From Candidatus Acidiferrales bacterium (GTDB lineage: Bacteria; Acidobacteriota; Terriglobia; Acidiferrales; UBA7541): a stretch of 64,000 nt of DNA. Below, in pieces: positions 54,362 through 63,403 of the stretch (positions within the stretch are counted from its first letter, which is position 1; each line of letters opens with the position of its first letter). Under the pieces are notes generated by a model. The model was not told the origin of the DNA. It did not search any database and worked only from the letters and a program-made list of their open reading frames with translations. Location of the stretch: assembly GCA_963826335.1 (NCBI GenBank), contig CAWGXB010000043.1, positions 6,559 through 70,558 of the forward strand, written 5' to 3'. A program made the position numbers and the translations under genes.

Positions 54362-55381
54362 TCAGCGTTTCTCCAAATGCGGTTCTTCGGTCATCGCGAA
54401 CCACGGTTGTGCCGCTCGCAGATGTTTGTTTACGTTTTCTATATTCTGCGCGCCTTCACGGTGCAGCCAGTCTTCCAGAGCCGTCAGACCGCGGTCCACA
54501 AAAACCGCAACGCCGTCTTTCCATGTGGCGCGCCCGCAAAGCACTCCGGAAAAGTCGACCTCAGCTTCCTCGGCCAGTTCCAGGGCATACTGAAATGTCT
54601 CGTTGCTCACTCCCTGCGACAAGTAAATAAACGGCACCCGCGCTCGTTCCGCCGCCCGCCGATAGTAATCCACTGCCTCTTCTCTACTGTAGAGAATTTC
54701 ATTGCCGGCCGAGGGGGAACCTTCCACGAAACTCATGTTTACCGGAACTCCCACGTTCAAGACGTCCACGCGATATTCCGGCTTGGAAAACTCCTCCATG
54801 CTTCGTGCAACGACTTCCGGCTTCACTGCGGCAAACTCAGCGCTGCCGTCCTCGCGACCCTCTCCGTAGCTGACCAGCTCCAGAAAGAAAGGCACGTCGG
54901 CGGCCGCACATTCCGCTCCAACCCGTCTCACAAATTCGTGTTTTGCGAAGTTGATCTCGGCATAGCTCAACGTCGAGTAATACAGCAGCAGTTTCACGCT
55001 GTCCGCGCCCACCTCAACTAGCCGTCTTACCGTCCAGCCCTCCAACAACCGCGGCACTCGTCCCCACACCTGCTTGTCGTAGCCGGTTTGCTCGTAGGCC
55101 AGCAGCAGGCCCGCGGATTTTGCTCGCAGCTCCGCGGCTGGGAGGCCGTATTCCGGATCCAGCAGGATTGCGCTCGCGTGCGGCGTCAGGATGCGGCTCA
55201 CCGCCTCCTTAAATGTCACCAGCATTTGAGCTGGCACGCTGGCAGGATCCTCGCCCATTGCTTTGGCGAACAAGCTGCGCATCGCGCCGCGTTGGTCAAT
55301 TGCCAGCGCCGCGATCACGCCACGCGAGTTGGCGACAGCTTCGAGCCCTTTCCTTTTTCCAGCGGTGATGGCTGTTGTCAT
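54362..55381 (-). CDS. lacD: Class I tagatose-1,6-bisphosphate aldolase (LacD-like)
   Basis: GVIAALAIDQRGAM.., 339 aa, a TIM-barrel aldolase pattern resembling LacD. Confidence 0.7.
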   Translation of the reverse strand: MTTAITAGKRKGLEAVANSRGVIAALAIDQRGAMRSLFAKAMGEDPASVPAQMLVTFKEAVSRILTPHASAILLDPEYGLPAAELRAKSAGLLLAYEQTGYDKQVWGRVPRLLEGWTVRRLVEVGADSVKLLLYYSTLSYAEINFAKHEFVRRVGAECAAADVPFFLELVSYGEGREDGSAEFAAVKPEVVARSMEEFSKPEYRVDVLNVGVPVNMSFVEGSPSAGNEILYSREEAVDYYRRAAERARVPFIYLSQGVSNETFQYALELAEEAEVDFSGVLCGRATWKDGVAVFVDRGLTALEDWLHREGAQNIENVNKHLRAAQPWFAMTEEPHLEKR

Positions 55382-55388
55382 TCTTTCC

Positions 55389-57332
55389 TTAATTCGTTTT
55401 CACAATCCAGATCGCGGCGCCCCGCTCCATCGTTGGCAACGTGAATTCCACGTGGTCGCCCTGTTTCGTTCCATGCAATATTTGCTGCTCACCCAAGAAC
55501 GGAAGATATGCCAGCGATTCTCCCATCCCTGCGGGAATCTTCACGCGGATGCCGGTCACAGGGGAGGGAACTGCCACTTTGCTGGGAACCAGCCCGCCAA
55601 AATTCGCCAAGTAAGCGTGAGGCGTGCCATCGACGCGCGCCATGTTTGCCGCCACCGTCCCAGGCGCTTCGATCTCAATTTCGTTCTTGAGCATCATCGC
55701 GTTCAGCATTTCGCCAGGAGCCGCTTTAGCGGCGTCCGCAATATTGTTCTGCGCTACCGCGTAGTAAGCCTTCGCCGGGTCCGCCACATAGTGCACTATC
55801 TTTGCCGACGTGCTAAGTCCCGTCGCATTTCGCCCCAGGATCAGCAAACGCCCGCCGTTTTCGCTGTACTGTCGCAACTCGTTTTTTTCCACTTCGCTTA
55901 GCACGCTCACATCGGGAAGAACCAGCGCCTGCCCGTGAAATTGTCCTAGAGTTCGCGGCGTGACCACCTGCAACTCCCGATGCGCCTGAATTAACATCAG
56001 GACGGTCCCTCGGTAGGACGGCAGATATTCCTTCACATCGTAATCCCGGCTCTTCGGCGAAAAATACACGCCCACAGGATTCATCGCTATATGCGGGTCG
56101 TAAAAGGTCTTCTCATTCTTGGCGATCCAGTCAAAAATCTGCGCGCGTGTCGCCGGATCATTCGATCCCGCCATGGAGTGCCCGGGGGCATCCCAGAAGT
56201 TGGCCCCGGCAATTACCTCAGACATCGCCAGATTCTTCATCGGCTCGCGCGGGCCCACTCCCTTGTCTCCGTCCCAGGAGTAGTTCAATATCCACGTCGC
56301 TTTGCCTTGCGCGAAGCCGCGGAACGTCAGCATTCCCACCTGGTACATGAACCAATCAAACTGCGTCCGTGACGACGCCATATGTTCGCCATTGCCGAAC
56401 TCGTACTCGTGTGCCACCGCATCCACCACGTCGTACATTTCGTAGACGTCGGCGCCCACCCGTGTCGCTTCTTCTTCGATCCCGGGATAAATCTCTGGAA
56501 TCACCATAATGTTGGCGTTCACACTGCGGGCATTCGTACGGATATCCCGCATGAATTCCGTCAACGTTGCGATCCGGAAATCGATCCACTTCCGAAAATT
56601 CGCATCCTGAAAATCGCCAAGCTTCAAATCCTTTTTTGCATTTAGGCCGGTTTGTGCTTTAAACGCCGCTACCGTCGCATCATCGAAACTCGCCCAGGTA
56701 TCTTCCCAGCCGTCAAAGTGCGTCATCCAATACGGAATATCCACATAGATTCCGTCGATGCCGGTGCCTGCGACCTGTCGCACACGCTCCATGTATTTCT
56801 TCCGCCAGTCCGCCGCGTAGGGACTGATCCAGACGTCTTCGTCCCCGGGCCTGATCCAGAAGGCCGCGCCGCCGGTAAACACCGCCGGTTCGCCGGTAAT
56901 CTTTCGCTGCACCCAGTCCGGGTGATCCTTCATCACCGTATGCGCAGACTTGTCTCCGTGCGCCGTGATGCATTCGGTTCCCGCGATATAGACAAAGGCT
57001 TTGTTTCCGGCCGCGTGCGCCGCTGCCGCCACGTCGTGAATCGCCTTCAGCTTTTCCGTGGGGTCCAGGAAACTTTCGTATCGGCCGGGAATGTCATTGT
57101 CCACTTCGATGCCGAATACATGGCCTTTTTGCGCATCACGAACGATCGACTCGGCGTTGTTGGATTTCAAGCCATACGCGCCAATGCGCACGTAGTGCGT
57201 CCAGTTTCCACTGGCTTGGTTCTCTGCCACTTGGCCGGGCAACGATGCTGCAATAAGCAGCAGCCCGCCCACGGCTCCGGCAAGGCTGATCATTCCAAGT
57301 CTCATGCGCGCATTTTTGGCTGAGGCACTCAC
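55389..57332 (-). CDS. Secreted uncharacterised protein, probable TIM-barrel glycoside-hydrolase-like enzyme
   Basis: Signal peptide (start GTG 57332 or ATG 57305). The motif GTGIDGIYVDIPYW and alternating beta/alpha pattern resemble GH114-type/GHL families as I remember them. I cannot confirm any family assignment. Confidence 0.4.
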   Translation of the reverse strand: MSASAKNARMRLGMISLAGAVGGLLLIAASLPGQVAENQASGNWTHYVRIGAYGLKSNNAESIVRDAQKGHVFGIEVDNDIPGRYESFLDPTEKLKAIHDVAAAAHAAGNKAFVYIAGTECITAHGDKSAHTVMKDHPDWVQRKITGEPAVFTGGAAFWIRPGDEDVWISPYAADWRKKYMERVRQVAGTGIDGIYVDIPYWMTHFDGWEDTWASFDDATVAAFKAQTGLNAKKDLKLGDFQDANFRKWIDFRIATLTEFMRDIRTNARSVNANIMVIPEIYPGIEEEATRVGADVYEMYDVVDAVAHEYEFGNGEHMASSRTQFDWFMYQVGMLTFRGFAQGKATWILNYSWDGDKGVGPREPMKNLAMSEVIAGANFWDAPGHSMAGSNDPATRAQIFDWIAKNEKTFYDPHIAMNPVGVYFSPKSRDYDVKEYLPSYRGTVLMLIQAHRELQVVTPRTLGQFHGQALVLPDVSVLSEVEKNELRQYSENGGRLLILGRNATGLSTSAKIVHYVADPAKAYYAVAQNNIADAAKAAPGEMLNAMMLKNEIEIEAPGTVAANMARVDGTPHAYLANFGGLVPSKVAVPSPVTGIRVKIPAGMGESLAYLPFLGEQQILHGTKQGDHVEFTLPTMERGAAIWIVKTN

Positions 57333-58852
57333 TATTCCAGCCCTCCCGTTTCATCCGAAACATTCAAACCATTGGTTGGGCGCAACGTCAGGCTGCCGTC
57401 GGCATTCAATTTTTGTTGGCACGCCCAGCGAACCGGATAGCGCTGTCCTTTTACTTCCAATTCCGCTTTCAGCCGCAGTCCTTTCCAAACCGTTCCTTTT
57501 GGCAAAGGAAATTGCGCCTGCCGCACACGACCCGGCAACGGATATCCCGCATCGAGCGAGCCCGTGCAAAGCGCCTGACCCGATTCCGAAGCGATCGTCA
57601 CCCGCAAAACTCCGGGCACGCCCGCAATGCCATCGTTCACGAATCCGATGATCAGCCCAGGTTCGCCGCGTTCCTCATAGGTCCAAATCCACGATGGCCG
57701 CACTCGGTAGCCCATCGACTTCGCCAGACTGTCCAGCGCCGTCGGATGAGCCGCATAATATGCTTCCAGTCCCGCGGCGGAAATCCGGTGCCAATTCCAC
57801 AGTGAAAAATAATTGGCGCCGACATCGTGCGCGTGCCACACCACATTGTCCGAATACGTGACGCCTTCATCTACGCGCAGGCTCTTCGCCGAATTATCCG
57901 ATATCCCCACTTCAACGCATGCGGCTGTCCAAGCGGGCCGGTTGCTCAGTTCCTCGATTTGCTCGTTTTCAATGAAGATTGTGTCGGTCCTCAGCCAGTT
58001 GCCACTACGAACCGTACGGTCCACCAACTCCGAATTTCCCACCTTGCTGAAATCCGGCTGTGTGTTCGTCAACAGCGGCGTCTTCTTCCATTGGGCGTTT
58101 TGCCAGTCATACATTTTCACGAACGTGTTTTCCGCTGTCGTGTAATCCGGATACGGATTCTTCTCCAGTGGCCAGGTGTGCCCCTCGCCCCAAAATCCGT
58201 ACATGCAAGTGTCCACATACTCGACGTCGGCGTTTCCGTCGTATTCCGCGGCAAGCAGCCCCACCAGCTCCTGAAACGCCGACTGGAAATAGGGATGGTC
58301 GCATCGCGGCTCTTCGCGCTCTCGTTTCTGCCACGATCCCAACTTCACCATCGGCACTTTCTCGCGCACGAATTCGGGAAGGGCATAGCCAGGGATATCC
58401 GGGTTGCTGATCATGATTCGGAAACCGATGCGCTTTTGGTACTGGCGGGCCAGGGCGAACGAGGTTTTCCAGAGTTCGCTCAGCTCCAGGCTTCCCGGCT
58501 TTTTCTGCACGTCCTTCCAATTGACGCGCACGTACAACTTGGTGCCTAGCGAGAACTTCGCCAGCGCTTCCAGTGCCGCTTCCTGGCTCTTCCCGGGTAC
58601 TTTCTGCAGCTCAACCTCGTCGCAGAGGTACGTGACCATCCCCATTCCGTAGTTCGGAACAACTTCTGTGGACGGCGTTATCGCCATGACCACATTCCAG
58701 CTCGGATACACATCCGCCGGAAATGGGCCTTGGTTCAGCCGATTCTGGACGGCGGGACCGGAGCCAAAATCGTATTTGTCGAAATTGTGCGGTGGAACGT
58801 ACGCGGCCGCAGTTCCCAGCAATCCCGCCCTCATGAAGTCGCGACGCTGCAT
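57332..58852 (-). CDS. Tat-signal uncharacterised protein, possible glycoside hydrolase-like
   Basis: Twin-arginine motif MQRRDFMRAGLLGTAAA and an internal YVDTCMYGFWGEGH motif. I cannot confirm any family assignment. Confidence 0.4.
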   Translation of the reverse strand: MQRRDFMRAGLLGTAAAYVPPHNFDKYDFGSGPAVQNRLNQGPFPADVYPSWNVVMAITPSTEVVPNYGMGMVTYLCDEVELQKVPGKSQEAALEALAKFSLGTKLYVRVNWKDVQKKPGSLELSELWKTSFALARQYQKRIGFRIMISNPDIPGYALPEFVREKVPMVKLGSWQKREREEPRCDHPYFQSAFQELVGLLAAEYDGNADVEYVDTCMYGFWGEGHTWPLEKNPYPDYTTAENTFVKMYDWQNAQWKKTPLLTNTQPDFSKVGNSELVDRTVRSGNWLRTDTIFIENEQIEELSNRPAWTAACVEVGISDNSAKSLRVDEGVTYSDNVVWHAHDVGANYFSLWNWHRISAAGLEAYYAAHPTALDSLAKSMGYRVRPSWIWTYEERGEPGLIIGFVNDGIAGVPGVLRVTIASESGQALCTGSLDAGYPLPGRVRQAQFPLPKGTVWKGLRLKAELEVKGQRYPVRWACQQKLNADGSLTLRPTNGLNVSDETGGLE

Positions 58853-58869
58853 TTTGGTTGTCCGCCTTT

Positions 58870-61800
58870 TTAGAATTGGAATCGCAAACCAAACTGCGTG
58901 TGCCGCGGAGTGCTTCCGGGCGCGGTGGAAGTGACCTCGCCAAATGTCGCGCTGCCAACTCCCAGATCCGGGAACGCAAATCGTTCTGTGTTCGTGAAGT
59001 TGAAGAACTCGCCGCGGAACTGCAGCAGCATGTTCTCGCGAATCTTGAATTCCTTCAGAAACGACAGATCCATATTGTGAATGCTGTCGCCTCGCAGAAC
59101 CGAGAAATATCGCGGCGCGTTCCCCGGAACCTGATCTCCCGGGTCAGCAAAGCACGCAGCATTGAAGATCGAAGGATTGCCAACCCCATTCAATGCGTTT
59201 GCTGCCGCCTGGTGATAACCGATTCCCGAACGCAGCACTGGGCAAACGACGTCGGGCCGTTGATTGCCATCCATCAGGCGAGGCTGCGACATCCCAATGG
59301 GCAGCGGCTGGCCAGATTGATAAGTGATAATCGTCGAAAGTTGCCATCCGCCGACAATCCCGTCAAGGATGCGATTCATGTCGCTGCCGATCCAGCGGCC
59401 TCGTCCTACGGGCAATTGGAAAATTGCCGCCAGCACCAGCCGTTGCGGCGCATCATTCGCGCTGATTGCCCATTCCTTCTTCAGGCGATCGAGCTGCTGA
59501 GGATTGCCCAGGTTCAAACCGCCAACGAAGGCGTTGAACCCAACGGAAGAATCGTCGGTGGACTTGGAAAACGTGTAGTTGCCTTCCAGGCTGAAGTAGT
59601 GGCTCATGCGTTTCTCGAAACGCACCTGCAACGAGTTGTACCAGGAATCGGCGCCGAAGTTTGGCAATCCCTGGAACGTTCCGTTGAATTGCGGATAGGG
59701 CCGCAGCAAATTGATCAATGGGACAGTCGATTGGCTGTATGCCGATGCCGGCTCGTTGAACATCCCGCCCGGTTGTTGGAAAAAGGGCAGGAACGGATTC
59801 GGTACCGGGTTCGACAGGTACGTGCTCACGCAGCTGTCTGCGTCGCAATTGGGATCGAGTGCATGCTGCTGCGCGGAGATCTGCGACAGCAAGTCCGACG
59901 AAATATAGTTGCGGTTTCGTGTGCTGGAATATCCGCCCCACGGCAGATGCGTGCTGCGATTTGCCGAGTAATCCACCCCGATGGTCACCTCGCCGGGAAA
60001 TAGGTGCTGCACGCCCACGTTCCACTGATAGATATCGGCGTTGCGAGCCTCTTCGGTGCCAAGGTTGTTGCCATTGTCGTAGCCCCACATGGCTAACTTG
60101 CCATAAGCCTGCCCTTGCGGTTGCGACAACCCATTCGGAAATGGATTGGAAAGTGTGGCGTATTGCGTTTGATAGTTGTCCAAGGTAAACAGCACGGGGT
60201 CAGTCCCGCTGAACGCCGTCCCGGGATATTGATAGTTGGTTGCCGGGCTTAGACCATAGTAGATACCCGCACCGCCCCGGATTACCGTCGTGGGGGTGAG
60301 CGAAAACGCAAATCCCGCGCGCGGCGCAAAGTTGTTGCGGTCGGTGGGTACGCTTCGGCCCAGGCCGCCTTGATTCACGAATAGTGTCGTGCCCTTCAAC
60401 GCGGTGAGCGTCGGAGTCAGATTTACACCTTGCGGCAGCACCACGGAAACACCCGTGTCTCCCGTGAAATCGCTGTACTGCTGGTGATTGAAGCGCTCCG
60501 TGTATGGCGAACTCCACTCGTAGCGCAGCCCCAGGTTGATCGTCAGTCGCGAATTGACCTTCCAGTCGTCCTGCACATAAAACGCAGTCTCCATCGATTT
60601 GTCCGCCACGGTCGGCAGAATATTGATGTAGCTCGAACCTTCTGCCGCTCCATACCCCAGCAGCAGGCTCGCAAAGGAATTGCCCTGCGTCGGATCTGTT
60701 CCGCCAATTACCGATGCGGTATTCGATTCCGGAAACGAGAAATAGCCTGTCGGGTAATTGGGCTGCCAGAAATTATTGAAAAATAGTCTTTGTTCAAAGC
60801 CGAACTTGAACGTTTGGCGGCCTCTGACCAGCGAAACGGAGGACGAGTAGCTGTACAGCGTGTGCGCAAAACTCGTGTCGGTGCAGCACTGCGTGTACAT
60901 CGAGAGCCATCCGTTGGTGGAATCCAGCGCGATGGTTGGCATGCGGTCCAGTCCATTTGCGCTTTCCAGGATGGAAGGGAATCCTACGCTCCCCAGCGTC
61001 AAATCTTGTCCACTCGACGTCTTGAATGAAGTGCTTACCGGCGCCACCACGCGATCCACTGCGAAACGGTTGGTCCACAGTGTGGTTGGTGTCAACGACC
61101 AGTTGTATTCCAGACCGATATTCTTGACGTTGGTGGAAGATGTGAACCCATCATTAAAGTCCCCGCTCCCCAGCACAAATGGAACGTTATACTCCCCGTG
61201 CAATTGGCTGTAGCGCACCGCCAGCATCTGGTTTTGCGTGAAATTGTGATCGATCTTCACGTCAAACTGGTAGCCCGGCGCGTTGGTCAGCACCGACGTC
61301 CGGAAGTTGTTCAGACCATATTGATCGGCAGGCACATTCGGTTCCGGATAGAGCTTCAGCAGCGCCTGGCCGATGGGATTGATGAGCGACGGGTCGATCA
61401 CATTGTTAGCGAACTGCGCCCGCGTCTGCGTACATCCTGTGGCTGGCGGCGGGTTTGGAACGCACGACAGTTGGTAAGGGTTGTAGATCGTTTGCTGCAC
61501 GGGATCACCGGTATTGGGATCCGCCGTCATCGTATTGGTGAAGATTCCATTGCGTTCGTCATCGGTCGGCACTGTGCCATTCATGTTTACGGGGTCGTGC
61601 TGCCGCGTTAGCTCCAGATCGATAAAGAAAAATGTTTTTTGCTTCTTGATCGGGCCACCCAGCGAGAATCCGTACTGGTCGCGCACGTGGTCTGGCTTGG
61701 GGATATTTTGCGCGTTGTTGAACCAATCATTCGCGTCGAGAGCGGATCTTTGGCCGTACCACCAGCCGCTGCCGTGAAAATTGTTTGTGCCCGACTTCAG

Positions 61801-62553
61801 CACCATGTTCACCACTGTCCCGCCGTTGTTCCCATACTCCGCGGAGAAGCTGTTGTTCTCCACCTTGAATTCCTGCACGATTTCCACCGACGGCTGGTAG
61901 TACACGTTCGTCGTGCCGCCTTCACCCTGTTCCGGCGCGCTGGTCAGCGCTCCATCCAGCCGCACTTCCGCCGTCGCGTTCCTCTGGCCGTTGGAAACAA
62001 AGTTTGTTCCTGATGGATATGAATCCTGCGTGCCGGATCCGGTCGTTTCCGTCACACCACCCGCCAGGAACACCAGCCCAAACATGCTGCGGTTGATCAG
62101 CGGAATATCTTTCACATACTCGTTGGTCACGTCGGTGCCAAGCGTCGCGCTTCCCGTATCCAGCAACGGAGCCTGCTCCGTCACCGTCACAGTCTCGGCC
62201 ACTCCTCTGGGGGCGAGCGTGAAATCCAGGGTGGCTTGCTGGCTTACGGCCAGAATCACTCCTTTGCGCTCCTGCGGGTTCATGCTCGGCGCATCGACGC
62301 GAATTGTGTACGTCGATGGGCGAATCCCCGTGAACACATACGTGCCGCGCCCGTCGGTGTCATGCGTCGACGGGACATTCGTTCCCTCATCCACCAGCGT
62401 CACCTTCGCTCCCGGTATCACGCCGCCCGATGAGTCGGTCACTACACCGGTCAACTGCGCTGTATAGGTAGACTGCGCCGTCGCCGTCCGTGCCATGATC
62501 AGCATTCCAAGTAGAAGAAAAAGGGCTACCGCAAAACACTTCGCTGACTTCAT
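58870..62553 (-). CDS. TonB-dependent outer-membrane receptor with N-terminal carboxypeptidase-regulatory-like domain
   Basis: Signal peptide ..ARTATAQ. GVVTDSSGGVIPGAKVTLVDEGTN (CarboxypepD_reg-like), then a plug region and a long beta-barrel ending in ..QFGLRFQF (terminal Phe). Confidence 0.88.
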   Translation of the reverse strand: MKSAKCFAVALFLLLGMLIMARTATAQSTYTAQLTGVVTDSSGGVIPGAKVTLVDEGTNVPSTHDTDGRGTYVFTGIRPSTYTIRVDAPSMNPQERKGVILAVSQQATLDFTLAPRGVAETVTVTEQAPLLDTGSATLGTDVTNEYVKDIPLINRSMFGLVFLAGGVTETTGSGTQDSYPSGTNFVSNGQRNATAEVRLDGALTSAPEQGEGGTTNVYYQPSVEIVQEFKVENNSFSAEYGNNGGTVVNMVLKSGTNNFHGSGWWYGQRSALDANDWFNNAQNIPKPDHVRDQYGFSLGGPIKKQKTFFFIDLELTRQHDPVNMNGTVPTDDERNGIFTNTMTADPNTGDPVQQTIYNPYQLSCVPNPPPATGCTQTRAQFANNVIDPSLINPIGQALLKLYPEPNVPADQYGLNNFRTSVLTNAPGYQFDVKIDHNFTQNQMLAVRYSQLHGEYNVPFVLGSGDFNDGFTSSTNVKNIGLEYNWSLTPTTLWTNRFAVDRVVAPVSTSFKTSSGQDLTLGSVGFPSILESANGLDRMPTIALDSTNGWLSMYTQCCTDTSFAHTLYSYSSSVSLVRGRQTFKFGFEQRLFFNNFWQPNYPTGYFSFPESNTASVIGGTDPTQGNSFASLLLGYGAAEGSSYINILPTVADKSMETAFYVQDDWKVNSRLTINLGLRYEWSSPYTERFNHQQYSDFTGDTGVSVVLPQGVNLTPTLTALKGTTLFVNQGGLGRSVPTDRNNFAPRAGFAFSLTPTTVIRGGAGIYYGLSPATNYQYPGTAFSGTDPVLFTLDNYQTQYATLSNPFPNGLSQPQGQAYGKLAMWGYDNGNNLGTEEARNADIYQWNVGVQHLFPGEVTIGVDYSANRSTHLPWGGYSSTRNRNYISSDLLSQISAQQHALDPNCDADSCVSTYLSNPVPNPFLPFFQQPGGMFNEPASAYSQSTVPLINLLRPYPQFNGTFQGLPNFGADSWYNSLQVRFEKRMSHYFSLEGNYTFSKSTDDSSVGFNAFVGGLNLGNPQQLDRLKKEWAISANDAPQRLVLAAIFQLPVGRGRWIGSDMNRILDGIVGGWQLSTIITYQSGQPLPIGMSQPRLMDGNQRPDVVCPVLRSGIGYHQAAANALNGVGNPSIFNAACFADPGDQVPGNAPRYFSVLRGDSIHNMDLSFLKEFKIRENMLLQFRGEFFNFTNTERFAFPDLGVGSATFGEVTSTAPGSTPRHTQFGLRFQF

Positions 62554-62600
62554 CCCACACCCCCTTGAGGCGCTCGAGCCTGGATTCGAGCGAGAACCCC

Positions 62601-62660
62601 CGACTTTCGACTTCTTTCGCTTTCTTTCTTTTACTTTCTTTTTCTGTCGTTTGTCAAGGT
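62601..62660. repeat. Pyrimidine-rich (CT) intergenic element, copy B (GAAAG repeats on minus strand)
   Basis: CGACTTTCGACTTCTTTCGCTTTCTTTCTTTTACTTTCTTTTTCTGTCGTTTGTCAAGG. The minus strand reads CCTTGACA(-35-like, 62652-62657)...GAAAAAGAAAGTAAAAGAAAGAAAGCGAAAGAAGTCGAAAG, about 100 nt upstream of the receptor ATG. Confidence 0.5.
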
Positions 62661-62740
62661 ATCGTGCACGTCCCGGTTACTCCGCCACCTGTCAAAAGAC
62701 CGTGTTGCCCAACACCTTCCTCTCGTAGTAGTGTCCCCGC

Positions 62741-63346
62741 ATGGCCAAGAAGCCGAACGCACGCACGAAGGGAGTTCGTAAAGCCATGTCTGCCGATCCA
62801 GAGGAAAAGAACGCCGCCAATGGCGAGCTGCGCGAGGGCGCAAACGTCGACAAAATCCGGGACATCCTCTTTGGTTCCAATATGCGGGAGTATGAGAAGC
62901 GCTTCGCGCGGCTTGAGGAGCGCCTCACCAAGTCCTCCGACGCGCTTCGCGAAGATCTTAAGAAGCGTTTCGATTCTCTTGAGTCCTATGTCCGCGAAGA
63001 GATGGAATCCCTTGGCCAGCGCCTGAAAACCGAGAAATCCGAGCGCGGCGAGGCCCTGAAGGAACTTACTCGCGAATCCCGTGACAATTCCAAAGCGCTG
63101 GAAAAGAAGCTCTCGCAGCTCGAAGACCAGATCGCCAGCGTTCAGGGTGACCTGCGCTCGCGCATCCTCGAGCAGTCCAAAACTCTTGGCAATCAGATCC
63201 AGAAATCCAAGGAAGAACTGGAAGCCTCTCTGGAGAGCGAAGCCGAAACACTCCGCAACGACAAGACGGATCGCGCCATGCTCGCCGACCTCTTCAACGA
63301 ACTCGCCCTACGCCTGAAGGACGAACTGGAGTTGCCGGAAAAGTAG
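62741..63346 (+). CDS. Coiled-coil hypothetical protein
   Basis: 201 aa, highly charged Glu/Lys/Arg/Leu heptad-like sequence with no TM segment or signal peptide. Confidence 0.6.
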   Translation: MAKKPNARTKGVRKAMSADPEEKNAANGELREGANVDKIRDILFGSNMREYEKRFARLEERLTKSSDALREDLKKRFDSLESYVREEMESLGQRLKTEKSERGEALKELTRESRDNSKALEKKLSQLEDQIASVQGDLRSRILEQSKTLGNQIQKSKEELEASLESEAETLRNDKTDRAMLADLFNELALRLKDELELPEK

Positions 63347-63403
63347 GCTGCGCTTTCCCTGCGGCCTTGTCCCGGCCCATCGGAATTTTCACGCCGAATG
63401 ACG

